DNA of 64,000 nucleotides from Phoronis australis (lineage: Eukaryota > Animalia > Phoronida), in assembly GCA_002633005.1 (NCBI GenBank), contig NMRA01000112.1, positions 823,063-887,062 on the forward strand. The letters are read 5' to 3'. Under the pieces are notes generated by a model. It saw only the letters and a program-made list of their open reading frames with translations, had not been told where the DNA came from and did not search any database. A program made the translations under genes and the position numbers. Positions 15,081 to 28,500 of the stretch are shown here, piece by piece (position 1 is the first letter of the stretch; every line of letters starts with the position of its first letter).

Positions 15081-18031
15081 TATTGCAATAGCTTTCGAAA
15101 ATGAAAAATGAGCCATTTGTGAATCAGTCACCAAAAATTTTGATAACAATACAGTGTACTTTGAAATCATTCAAGTAAAAAATTGACTGAATTGCATTTC
15201 AAGCAAAGGGGCTGTGTTGAAACGAATGGACGCACACTTAATTTTCAAATTATCAAAACCAATTTGGATTAAGCACACGATGTTGTAATACATTGAAGCT
15301 AGGCTAAATTAAAGCTATCGAAAAATAAAACGAATGCTGCAAGCTTTGTAATCTAAAAGTAGAAGACATAATTTCAAAAAGACGGACTCGCTGCGTTGGA
15401 TAGAAGAATTTTCTAATATTTTTTCCTACTGCTTGCTGAACTGTCACTCCTTTAGTCGTCGTATCTAAATCCCCGCGTAGCTTGGAATTGTGCGAGAACA
15501 GCTTTTAAAACAAAACAAAATGCACGCAATAGAGTGGGAAACCCCTACTGTTGCGTACCTGTGCAATAATTCACTAACTGCAGGACTGAATAAGAACATT
15601 AACCCGATTAATAGTTTACCATCAGAGAGGATGCAATCGGATTCTGCGTTTCATACAGCAATTTAGGCCGGCTAGATGTAGCAATGTAATACTGTGTTTA
15701 CACGAGACGTTTAACATAGAACAAACTGACGTACAGTGACAACGTTAGCTCCGATTGAGTTAATCCTTTCAGAACGGGGTCTAGAACGAAGCAGTCGGAA
15801 ACGAAACCGCTTTACGAGTGCACGGATAAGATTTGCACACTTCCCCTCACCACAGCTTCAGACGAGCAGTTAACACGACACCACATTGTCGCGTTCAACT
15901 TGTACCACTTGAAAAGGGATTTCAAGATGACACTGCAGTATGACACTATTGTTTTTATCGACTCTATGTCAAAATCAAGGCTTCTCCTTGGTTCTTCCTG
16001 AAATTGGAATAATTTTTTTTTTGTCTCGGGAAGAACTGGCGGATCGTTGTTTCTGGAGACCAGGTTCAGTTAGGTGTTTATACCGCGCTGCTCATTCCTC
16101 GCGACGAGCAGGCTACAATCAATAACGGAGTGTTAGTTATTCGAAATTATTGTCGCCTCACTCTGATATAAAGTAAAGGAACATCGTATTATCGTTTACA
16201 AGTGAGTGACATGGTACTGTCATGTTGAAATAACTGAAAGAACTGAGTTTTAGAGACTCCCTGACGTTTGGCCTTCTTCCTTATAACACATCGGTTCACG
16301 ATCGATGCCGAAGATCAATGTCATGCCTAAACTCGGGTAGAAAAACATTATTTTCGTATTTTTTCGGAAACTGAAGCATAGAGACATTTTTGCAAAAGTT
16401 ATTGGAATGGCAATCACCGTAGATACATTCTTGATTATGTGCATTGTTTTGTATGTTATTGTATTGCATTGCACAGCAATTGGAGATACACGACTACAAC
16501 TTTTCTTCTTAGGTATCTTTTCATTTAACTTTCACAGAAAATTGGTATGGAAATGCTTTTACATAATTTATCTACCTATATGGGGAAACGTGGGTGGCAA
16601 ATTTCCTCCAAACGCGTGTTGCTAAATTCCACGCCGCATTGTACCGTTACCTAACTGCTGTTTGTGTATTTTAGTTGTACTTAAACACCAAGCCTCATTA
16701 CGTCTTTACAAATCTTGTGGTACATGTATACTGCTCGTGTGGCAGTACTAATATGCAGCCCCTACAAGTCAGTTTGAGAAAACGTCAATGAAAGTGGTCA
16801 AAGAGAAGGCTTGGCGTTCAATAAAAATAAACTAAAATAAGATAGGACCTCGCTTGAAAAGCAAGACTTCGCGCGATTACGCGAGATATTGCAACGTATT
16901 TTAAATGAGAGCAAGTGATTTTGACTAGATTTTTATGGTCGTGGGTTACCTACTGAACTCTATCCAGGTTTTTAAGAGAACCGCGTGCAATTGACAAAAA
17001 TAACGAGCTCAGCTGAGCGTCTTTAAACAATTACTAACTTCCACGGAGAAATGCGAAAATCATGCAGGTTTCTTTGATTGTAATCAAACCTCATGATCGC
17101 TCACATATAAAAACATTATAAAAGGTTTATACAGTCTCAGTTATTGAGCTTTTAGTTATAATTACTATGTTAGCCTTCAACAGTTCAAAGCCTTTCTCTT
17201 CGTTATATCCACAAACAGGTTTATGGGCATGCTGACCACCAGCCCTACAAACGCGACGAAAAAAAGCAGTAGGGTCGGCATCCCATTTTTAAAGCTTGCA
17301 CGGACATCTTCCCTTCGAAAATTATGGTCGAACCCTCCATATAGCGGTGACACCAGAATATCAAATTAAATGGTTTTCGCATTCTCATCCTCATCGAGGG
17401 TGACTTTTTAGATGATGACATTTCTCAAGAACACTGCCCAACGTGAAAGCAGTTTAGTCCCCCCATCTTACAAGCCACAATACATGTACAAATACTACAT
17501 CTCTTGTGATCACCACTCACAATGGTTCCTCAAACAATGTCCACTGAATCAGAAATCCATAATTCATACTTTAAAAATACCTGCAGCATTTTGTAAACTG
17601 TACTTTATGTGTTTAGTCGCTACTGAATGATGGCCACTTACAGTGTTACTGAACTTTAATGGAGTTACTAAGCGGTTCGCCTCACAACACTTCAGCCACA
17701 GGCATGACAGATGCGAATATGTTCCATCGATAACAAATCACACAAAATTATTTTACAATTTTCACGATCTGTTTTAATTAATGTAGTGAATCGTAATCAG
17801 AATCAGACATGTTTACTCTCTGTATGAAGATCTTGGCCACATGATACAATTGGCAATACAACATTACAATGATAATAGTTCAGCTCTCTGCAGTCTGTTG
17901 CTCTTGAAATATATAGCGCCAGGCTAATTCGCAAGGGTCATGATTTCAAAGCATTAATTTAAGCTAACCAGCTAAAGACGAGCGACGGTCAGCAGCACCA
18001 ACATCGCAGTTTACAATTATTAACGTTACAA

Positions 18032-18165
18032 TATGGATGGCGCAAAATAGAAGGCTATAGCCCACACTTTTTTCAATGCTGCGCCACCCATGGTCTATGG
18101 GCGGCGCACCACAGGGGGGCTGGGGGATGGGTTGGCTATAGTCCCCTTTATTGTTAGTGCCCATG
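18032..18165 (-). mobile_element. Head-to-tail dimer of the 71-bp mini-element (reverse orientation)
   Basis: GCGCCACCCATGGTCTATGGGCGGCGCACC is the reverse complement of the same junction. Confidence 0.65.
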
Positions 18166-21100
18166 TACAAGTAAGTAAGGAAAGAAGGTACTGCATTGTC
18201 TGTCATTTTCGTCAGCAAATTTCGTCATGTTATCATGCAGAACAGGTCAATGACATATACAATGAAGCTGGTCATTAATCTGATCAATGTTGCAGATGTC
18301 ACAAATCTTTCACTCTCGAGTAAACCTGCCTACCGCCTTGCTTCATTATAAAGATTGTGCAGTGAGCACCAAATGAAGTGAGTATTTTCCTCAGCTAGGG
18401 ATCTCAATAGTAAACGATACACTTCAGTTTTGTTTTGAAAGTACAATGAAATTGATATTTTCGAATTTCAATTACAGAATGGCAATTTTGAACTTCACGA
18501 AATTCTGATAGAAGTAAATCATTATTACTTAGTCCATATAACCATACCTCTCCAAGCCTGTAAATGTAGAGAAGCATCTTCACAGAATTAAACTGAATGA
18601 ACATTGTTTTCTCTAAAAACTGCGTTTAACTATTGCGGGGAGCTTTTTTAAAAATGGAGCATGCCAAATTGCTTTTAAGAAATCGTATCGCGCAGTTAGC
18701 GATAAAAAACAACACGCTTAACACTATCAAACTTCGGCGCCTTTAATGATGCTTGTGGTTTTTCAGAATATCTAAGCAAAAGCAACAACGTAGAGACAGA
18801 CATCAACACTTTTATGGAAAATGGAACGCGACACTCCTCCATACTCACCACCAAAACACCTCAGACCACAAACTTTCGTTTGCCCGGAACGTCAGCAGAG
18901 ATTCCTGTTACCGTTACCGTAATATCCTGAAATGTTGACTTTTTGTCGTTTATTCTGTAACAATGATATGGCCAAGTTGTGATAGTAAACAACGTCTTGT
19001 TTATGTCACCGGCCAAATGCCTTTTTTGCGATATCTCCGTGAGAAATAATCGAATGTGTTCTAGATAGTTCTCTGCAACGTCTAAGAGTCTAACATGTTT
19101 TAGTACTCATATTAGATCACGTGCATTTTATGAATAACATTCAGTGTAAGCTTTTCTAACATACATGATTGTTATATAGTCCATCAGGATTCCATGCAAA
19201 ACAAATTCAATTAAACGTTATTCACACGACAAACTAATATTAAGGGTGTATGTTAGGAACGCAAACGTTGATTGAAATGAGTCGAGTGGCGACAGAAGCA
19301 TTATTTCAAAACTGTTTATTTGTGAAACCAAAGAAACGGATTGTGATTTGTGATTAACGTCTCAAAGAAACACAGTTTATTGAAAATTGAAAAGCATCAT
19401 GCCATTAAATTTGGTTCGTAGAAATGCGTAATATTTTTTCTCTGACGAACAAACACTTATAATTGCAAATTTCTCTAGCGACTCATCAATTGGATTCCCT
19501 CAAGGTGTCATGCCTAGAACGTAATTCTAGAATTTGTTATTTTCCTAAAACTGATATATTTTCATGTGCGTAAAATTAAAAATCTTCTTAATGGAATGGC
19601 TTAGGGCTAACGCAACCAAGTTGTTTTTCTTGCTGTCTTAAATGTGTTAAAATCAGTATGATATACCTTGATGCATTGTCATCTCAGGTGGTTGTAAATT
19701 CCTGATGCTTGCAATGTAACCAAAGTTTTGTAACAGCAAACAGCATTACAAGGTGAGAGCTGCTTTCATTCATAACAGCAGGTCCTGATTCGACATTTTG
19801 ATCCCACGTTTACAGTTCAACAGAGTTTGTTAAGATTGATAACAGCGGCGTGAAATGATAGCAATCGGAAGGACAAGGTGTGCCCGGGGCACCAAGGCGA
19901 TTGAGAAACATTAGCAGTCGGAGGTATCAGATTTGAGGTCGGCGAATTACACGTGTTTCATAAATGTTTAACAGAAATTAGTCATATTTAAGCTAATCTC
20001 GTCATCCCAGGGTCCATGTAACGTTCGTAACAATCGTGTTATGTTTTTCTACGACAGACGAATAAGATACGTAAAAGTTTCCTAAAGGTTAAGTGGATTG
20101 GCCTTCATTTACCAACACGTTTTTATGCACTGATTGACTTTCGCCTGCTAAGCATTACACGCACAGGAGTCGTACAGTACCAGTGATTAGCTGGCTCAAG
20201 ACGAAAGGTTACAAGGCCTGGCCATGCATTGTGTCGAACCATTTTCTGTTTACTAGCCCCATCCCAGCGAACTACCGCTCATAGTAACGTTTCCAAATTG
20301 TTACAAATTATAGACATTGGTAAATAATTTCATTAGTGAGTCAGTCTGTAGATGAAATACTTGCAAGCATACATGTACATACTGTAGCTGTGTCGTATGG
20401 GTTATTCAGTTGAAAGCGACTAATAATCTTAGTTTTTTCGACGGAAGGCTCGAGTTTATAGCCGCTTTAAAAATCATTATATTGCTGTATGCTGTGTTTC
20501 ACAGTATCAAACCTTTGTGATGTTAGCGGCAACACTTTGTAGGCCACCTTATATAAATATTTTAGCCACAAGGTATTGTGGTAGAAGCACACTCATTCAG
20601 TTGCCTCCCCTCCAGGTATTTTACTGTGACCAACAATTATCTTAAATCATAGCCGGTAATAAAATAATAAAGTTAGTGTAGTATCATAATACTTCACAAA
20701 AATACAGAGAAAAAATACACTAGCAAATTGAAACAGCAAAATTGTTCATAGTAACATAATGTAGATATATGGTGACGATGGTCCAAACTTGGTGTAAATA
20801 CAATACTTTACGGTAGATTCATAGGCAAAATTTGTTTCAATCAAACACCAAATCTCTTTGGCTAATCTAATTACACTCCATTTGAATATCATATTGAACC
20901 CTTTCGGCATTGTGGGTGGCTTATCACTCCCTAGATAAACAAGACGAAATATTTCTTTTTAAACTGTGCCCCCTTGAGTCATATATTTATAAGTAGAGTA
21001 ATTTCCTAAAAGCCTACAAGCACCCTTAGATGTGATTGCTATGCGTATGGAGTGCTTGCTAAAGAATAAAAATTGCTCATAATTGCCTGAAATAAAAAAG

Positions 21101-21452
21101 CATTTTGTTGATCAAAGGTTTCCTTATGACATCTATTGCTGAAATAATTAATGCGTTATTGGAACTATTAGCAAATTTTAAGTCAAAACAAACCTGTTGG
21201 AAAGTCAGCTTGAACAAATTTACTTTCAAAAGGCAAACATTTCTATTGTGTTGCGTTAATCTAGAAAACAATTGATTGTTCAGCTGTTTTAAGAAAGAAT
21301 TAAGTTTCTTTATCGAAATAATGTTCTATTATTTTATAAAATGTTACCCCAGCCACATATGCGATGCAAGTAAAACCGTGTCTTTACTATTTCCCGAAGT
21401 ATTAATTGAACAAACGTTATTTCAACCGGTTGTGTATTGAGCCAAATTTCCA

Positions 21453-21584
21453 CGTGGGGAACAGCACTGAAGAAAGTGGAGGCTGTAGACCCCAGCCCCA
21501 CTGTGGTGTACCGCCCATAGACCATGGGCGGCGCAGCACTGAAGAAACGTTGTGGGTTAGAGCCCCCCCCCAGCCCCGCCCGTG
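21453..21584 (+). mobile_element. Head-to-tail dimer of the 71-bp mini-element
   Basis: Two CAGCACTGAAGAAA units with junction CCGCCCATAGACCATGGGCGGCGCA. Confidence 0.65.
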
Positions 21585-22004
21585 CTTTGCTAGGCTATTA
21601 CGAAAATACCAAGGACCGTTTTATCTAAGGTAGGAATACATGTGCCCTCCTACACCAAAGACGGTCGTTGCGAACGTGACGTTGCGTTTTTATCAGAGCA
21701 ATGCGTTGCAAGTCACGCCACTGAAATATGTGCATATTAAAATCGGTGTGTCTATCGTCTCAGCTAAGACTGGAATTAAGATCTTGATAAAATTTCTTTA
21801 GTACCTTTTTCGTCGTACAGAACGGCGAGAAACACGAATTCCGAAGTTCGCACGATTCAATTAAGTAAATTTTGCATCAGCAACACATACACGTGTGCGT
21901 AGTGTACGTATTCAGTTCAAGACCAAGGAAATGAAAGATCGGAAGTGGGGCGGAGTTCACAACAAAGCTGTCACAAGTGTAAATGGCACGAGTATGTCGA
22001 GTAC

Positions 22005-22060
22005 ACATGTATTCCAATCGTGTGGTGGATACATGTATTCCAATCGTGTGGTGGATACAT
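22005..22060 (+). repeat. Perfect 26-bp tandem duplication ACATGTATTCCAATCGTGTGGTGGAT x2
   Basis: Direct inspection. Confidence 0.9.
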
Positions 22061-22276
22061 GGAGACCAATCGAGTGTTGATGAAATAATAAACAGTCGTT
22101 AATTAATTTCACGGTCAACTCGACTAATTGAATGATGATCAATGGACCTGGACTGTAATGACATGATTAAACCGGTCAAACCGCCAATAATAGAAGTCTT
22201 CAGTTCACTGAGTGGTTTGCTGTTCAGTACATGCAGGCTTACAACGACCAAGCAGCGAAGCCTTGCCAGGGATTGA

Positions 22277-22303
22277 TTCGACGTTTCGCGCATGCGCGTC
22301 GAA
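22277..22303. promoter_or_regulatory. Proximal promoter palindrome with NRF1/Ewg-like CGCGCATGCGCG and overlapping E2F-like TTTCGCGC
   Basis: TTCGACG-TTTCG-CGCATGCGCGTCGAA about 160 bp upstream of the Lcch3 ATG, in a locally CpG-rich patch. Confidence 0.5.
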
Positions 22304-22458
22304 ATGCCAACAAACGTGAAGTGGGTTTGCCGCGGATTAGTGAAAAGATGAATAACTTACGAATAGGGCTTGTAGTCGCAACAGACAGGAATACGACAGC
22401 GTTGTGAGAAAAAAGATTGTGAAAGAACAAGAGTGTTTAAGACTTGGATTTATCCGTC

Positions 22459-22511
22459 ATGAAATGGCTGAAATTTCTTACAGTCCTGGCGCTCAGTACT
22501 GATCTCCTAAG
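22459..22511 (+). CDS. Lcch3: Exon 1, signal peptide [17 protein letters not shown](S)
   Basis: ATG, hydrophobic stretch, donor AG|GTAGGC in phase 2 that joins exon 2 in frame. Lies just downstream of a CpG-rich promoter-like segment. Confidence 0.75.
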
Positions 22512-25500
22512 GTAGGCTGTGAATATTTGAATAAGCTAGACGGTTTTTTCATGAGAACAGGACAGATGTTACATAGAGATCAGAATATCTATTTAATGAC
22601 TCCCTCTTAATAGTATTGTCTGTGCATTTTGTCATGTAATTAGCATAGTTTTTAATAATGCAAAATATCATCCAAGAAATAATTGACATGTGGTATTACT
22701 AAGAGTTCCGATGAGTATGTTAAGTGTCCTTAATCAACGCTGGCGTTGTTTAGGTTGAGATACACCGGTGACGGTTAAATGTAAAATATCCCAGAGACGA
22801 TTGCTTGACGGAATCATCAGACGATTGTATTAATTCCATTAATGTGTTTGAATAGTCGTGGTACAATGAATTCTAGTCACTAGAGAATGATCAATTCTCT
22901 TGTTATTGACTTCGATATTTCTCTGGCTAGCCAGAATGCCTGCATTATTATTTTCAACACGTATTAGAGTAAATGGGTTTTAAATACATTCAGAAGAAAA
23001 ACCTACCTCTCACATTACGTGTTACCATGGCAATGGGAATTTGTTTGTAACCTGAAGCATAATTTGAGCGTAGTATTCTACTTTACAATTATTTCTTGAT
23101 ACGTAACAGCAAATGCAGTAGATTTCATTCCTACGCGTGCATTCGCGAATGGTCAGTTCAACGTCCTGCAGGAAAACGTTTGGTAATCTAATGCCACTCA
23201 TTACTCTAAAATAGACCAGCAGGACGCTATGGTGACGTCATCCAAACGACACTTATTTTCTGTAGTTCTGGTGATATGACCAGCTATTTTTTGAGGTATT
23301 TGTCTGTTTTTGTCTGACAGGCTGTAAAGCCAGTTGCTGCCGGCAAAATGCAAACCAATACACGTGTGAGCCAATGGTCATTCGCAGGAGCCTTTTCCAA
23401 CAACGTTTAAAAACTTTATAATTATGACTTTAAATATTTCAGCGGTTCCGGAGACCATTTGAGAAATGTATCGCAGACTATAAAGAAATTAATGGATGGT
23501 TATGACATTCGACTTAGGCCGTCATTCGGTGGTGAGTAAAGCTTTTATTGACTTAAAAGCTGATGACAACTTTGACTGCTGATACTTATGTTGATGAGTT
23601 GTGAATTTTACCATGCCGTATCCCTAGTGGTCAGGTTTTTCATAAGTTCGCACTACATCACACTTTCACCCAAGTTTGAATTTAAATACAAACTTGAATT
23701 GTGCAATTTCTGTACTCCACGCTATTAAGTATGACGTCTGTAAACAAGGTTACATGAATTTGCTTAAACAGTTAACATTTTCACTGCGTAAGTATTAACT
23801 TCTTATACCCTGTTGATTGTAACCACTTCCCAGTCATGGGCTTTCCATATTTTACATATGTTAGTAACTAGTTGGAAACTGGAAAGAATGTCGTCCAGGG
23901 CTCAGTACTTTGCCACCGGACCTCAGTATCTCTACGTGTGGGCTAATTACGCAACTGATTAGCAATTCTTGGCTACACGAGATACTAACTAATTCGTTGT
24001 GTTTGGGTGACCAGACATGTATATTTCTCCAAGTCTTGTACAGTGACAATATTCCAGTTTAGCCACAACCTAATTGCTTACATTTATAATATACCACGTA
24101 CATAGTCGTATATAATAACATCGCCGCGTCCGGCTGACGAATTATAAGCCGTATTGCAAATTGATCAGTTCCAGCTCCTTCAGGAGCGCCACTCAATGAC
24201 AGGTGTACATGTATGAGATGGTTATTATGTAGCCCTGGTTGTGCAATTCCTGGCTGTGTTCCGTGAACATAACTTTGAAGCAAACTGTTGGAAGTACTGA
24301 ATGAACTGAATTCGATGATTTAAACATCTACTTATGTACGGTCAATAATATGCCAGTAATATTGCTGCGCTCTCGAGATGTCACATTTCCCCATTGAAGA
24401 CAAGTGTCCAATGTTTTCATTTGCCATGATCACAAAAATGGAGTCGACAATGAAATAAGCCATGCTCACTTTTTCGTTTTTTGTTAAATTGTAAACAGAA
24501 TGGAGCTCATTGATGTCTTTCTATTTTTATACCTTACTCTGAAGATGTCTACTTTCACACGCCGTTTTGGCACACCGGAATCATTTTAAAGAAACGTACT
24601 CTACTCTAACGAGGTTGCAGTCGCCGTAGCACACGATAAGTACACTGTGAAATTAAAACGACTGTTGACACTAACACAGTCTCTTTTGGGTTGTGGTTGT
24701 CACGTTTTTGTGACCTACATTTCTATTCATTTCATTCAGCGCTTCACGGCAACAGGAAGTCCGGCAACTAAGAGTTTCTGAATTGGTAAAAAATGGAAAC
24801 GTAAAGCTTTATACGGATATTTGTATGCGTAATAATTAAATGCTTATTGAACTGATTTGTTCGACTCGTTCTCAGCATGTATGCGGTTGTTAACATGGAG
24901 TCGAACTATAAATACTATGCTTCTGAGACTATCGCAACTGAGTGAATATATTCCCTGAACACAAGTTTCTATCCTGAGAACATTTCTCCTATTGAAAATT
25001 GATTATGAGATGTAGAAACCATTTTAGGAATGAACGATCGTTCTGGCTCTGTGTCGAAGTTTGTTTTTCGGTATCCGGTGCTTGGACAAGTTTTCGTTAT
25101 CAATGACGTGCACGGCGGAGGTGTGAGCACATTTAGAGGGTTGGCTAACCTAATTTTGAATAACCGTGACTATTCTTGCAACTCCTAATTGCGATCCGAA
25201 ATGATACATCAACATTTTGTTTTAAACTTTCAAAAACGTTTGAAGCAATTTATTCATACCTACCGTTTTTAAGACAAGTCTATTACGTCCAGCTCATTGA
25301 CTGAGAGCATGCCGTGGTCCAGAGCTTCAGAGTAACTGCTCCGCCAGACAAATCACTCACAAGTTGCTTGTAGGCTTACAGTGCATTAACTTTGGTAAAA
25401 CAAAGAGAAGGTACATTTTTAAGGTGTGAGCCAAATGCAAACACTGCCTTCAGGCGAGACATATGTTCAAATATTCATAAATTTGTGACCTCCTCCACCG

Positions 25501-28500
25501 ACTGAATTTACTATACACAAATTGTTGTTACAGACATAATCTGTGGCGTAAAGATGTGAGGTGGATTATGTTGGCCCAATTTTTGTTTTTTTGCTTCGAA
25601 ATGGAAAACGTATTTATGAATTGGTATAAACAGTTTTGACTGTTATTGATTGATAATTAGTACGTGGCTGTCGTGGATGAGGACGGAATATTAGATTTTT
25701 GAGTGACTATGATGGTGACGGCAACGATGAGTCTGGCGATGTTGTTGAGGATAGTGCGAACACAACTGCCAGCACCCGCACGATAGCGTCAAGGACGACG
25801 TTGATGACCATGGCAACGACGATGGCGATGATGATGTTAGTGAAGTCGACAATGTTGATAATAATGATGACAATGATTATGATGATGATGATGATGATCA
25901 TGATGATGACGACGACGATGCTTTAAAAACTTACGATGACTACACAGATGATGACGACAATTACAGTGACAGTGACGATAAAGTGAGGATGGCTATTATG
26001 ATGGGATTTCGCCCTGGTCAGCTGTAATGACGATGGCAATGAGTATGTACGGTCTTGGATTGTGTTGAATTTATCACCTCCAGTTCCATCGATCTGTTGG
26101 TTATACTCAGACATGTGGTTGTCATGTCTGTCTGAAGAGTATGCATTTAACAAGGAAATTGCCAAATTACTTTCTGTTGAACTAACAAAATTAATTTAAT
26201 GGCGTGTTAGTATCAACACGTTCTACGCAAATACTCTTTCGGGCTGGGGGGTATTCGGTTGTGTTTTCTGTGAGGACATGAAGCCATGTTTATTGAGGCA
26301 ACTTCGCTGGATCATTGTATATAACTGAATTACGCAGTTCTAAGTTTATATGTCACGCACATTAGGTGGCGCTATACATAACTATCAAACGGCAGCTGAA
26401 TGATATTTATGGTGATGATGGCGGCTGGTACAATAACTACTTCTGCGTCTGGAACTAGTTTTCAATTTTTATAAAGCTATTTAAAAGAGTCTGTGCAAAT
26501 AATCTCATTCTTGAGACAATCTTTCCTTGTCCCGACGTGGACTTCTTGTTGGCATTTAAGTTATATATGCAGACATAAACATACAATTTTTAGGGTTATA
26601 TATTCGATTCAATGCGACTCGTGTGAATCGCCAGATTCAAGAATCGTAAGGTGAATTCTCAGAGAAAACTGATAAAACTTATCTCAGAAGCGCCGCCGCA
26701 CGAAGTTCCTGGTTTGCGTTTTCTGTGGCATGTGTCAAGACAATCCATCATGACTGAGGCAAACATTCCTGAAAATATAAGACATGATTGAAGAGAGTAA
26801 AGGGGCAACTTTGGATTTAGAACACTTATTGTTATGAACTCGGTCTTATCACGCCGCCTATCAAATTAAAAATTAGTTCTGTGTTAGAGACTAGAACTAA
26901 CAAGTCTATATTGATTCTGACCAGCTGTCGCTCACTGCGTCGTTCATTTTAGGTGGTGGTACATCCCCAAAAAATTCAATTTAGAAATAATTGAAGTTGT
27001 GTTGAGTGAGCTTTATTTTTGCTAAGGTTTCGATTGAACTAACTTGCGTGAAAGTCAATTTACAAAGTTTCTAACGAAAAAGATGCGGAAAAGGTATTTT
27101 TAAGATGTATCAAGCAAATTATTTCATTCATGTTCCGTTTGGCATTCCTACTGCAAGTAGTCTCAAATCCAGAAATAAACCATCAGAAGAAGAATGGCTG
27201 TGCAATTTACAAGCCACCTCTAACTAAAATAATGCTGGAAGGCTTTTCGGAAACAAGTTGATTTCCTAACACGATGTCAGTTCTATGTTTTGTATAACAT
27301 GGTTGTGAAATTTGATGGTGCGCGCAATTATCAAACGCTAAAAATAACAAAAACTGAAAGCAAATCATCTGTTTTAAAGCTGTAGAATCTGTTATTTGAA
27401 ATAAAAGGGCATATTTAGATGCTTTATAAGCTAGCCAGCTAGCCAATGCCTTGAATAACGATTGCGGCAAACTGTGTCGAGCACCCTAATCGGAATATCA
27501 AACATATTGTCGAACGATATTTAATTCTTTGGCATATTTCTTAGCGCACGGGAAAATACCAACAAGACAAAATGTATTTATGTCACTTATGTTATTTCAC
27601 ACACGGAGGCACGAAAACAACTCTTAAATGATAATCATAAGCTAAATGCAGTGACGAATCGTCGTTTTATTTGTATGTGCAGTGTGGATATATACGTTTG
27701 TCCCGGGCGCGTCCCGTAGACACATGGCACTCTATAGTAATGGTAGTGTGGCCACGTTCATCGCTTGTAATACATGCTGATAACCCACGAAGACACGCGT
27801 GATTTTGCACTTCTCGAAACAGAGCCCTGATACGCACGTGACACTGGCGAACAGATCTACGTAGCACGGGGACCACAATTTCCGATGGATAGCGTCCGAG
27901 CAAGCCTTAAAAACGGCATGGTAATCGAGCTTTGTGTGTGTCCGTCCTTTATCCGGGTAGTATGCCTACACCCGCTTGCTCCCCATCCTCTGTTATGTTC
28001 CCCTAAATCCGCTTACGCTTTTATGTTCTTAGAGCAATAACCTGTCCTTCTCTAATCTTGAAACAATTTTACAATCAACCACTCAGTTTCCACATTACAG
28101 GCTGTTTATGATTAGAATACTTAATTTTGAATCGATTTCGACACCAGCCCTTTTAATAATTACGACGTTCTGTTTATTGCTCTATGGATTGTAAAATATT
28201 GCCGTTTTGTCATGAATTAATGAATTTATCGAGCACGAGTTCTTTAGGGAATATCATAAGAAACGAATTAGTTTCCCTTCAAATTATAGTTAGCAGGACT
28301 AAGAACTGGTACATGTACGTGAATGGGGGTAGGTTTCCAACACACAATGCAGTGGATACATAAGTATTAATATTGTGCTTTATTGATTGGTCCAGTACAT
28401 GAAACGTGGGAAGACAGGAACCCAATATCCAAACTCGCCGAACTCCAAATCCAACATAGATTGTGAGGTGTTGTGTCTTGCATTGTTATGAACTCGAGAC

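Noticed and set aside
14631-15170. Pro/Thr/Ile-rich ORFs
   Set aside because: Translation of a (CAT/CAC)n microsatellite.
22005-22060. CRISPR-like direct repeats
   Set aside because: Two abutting copies with no spacer; eukaryotic context; no cas genes.
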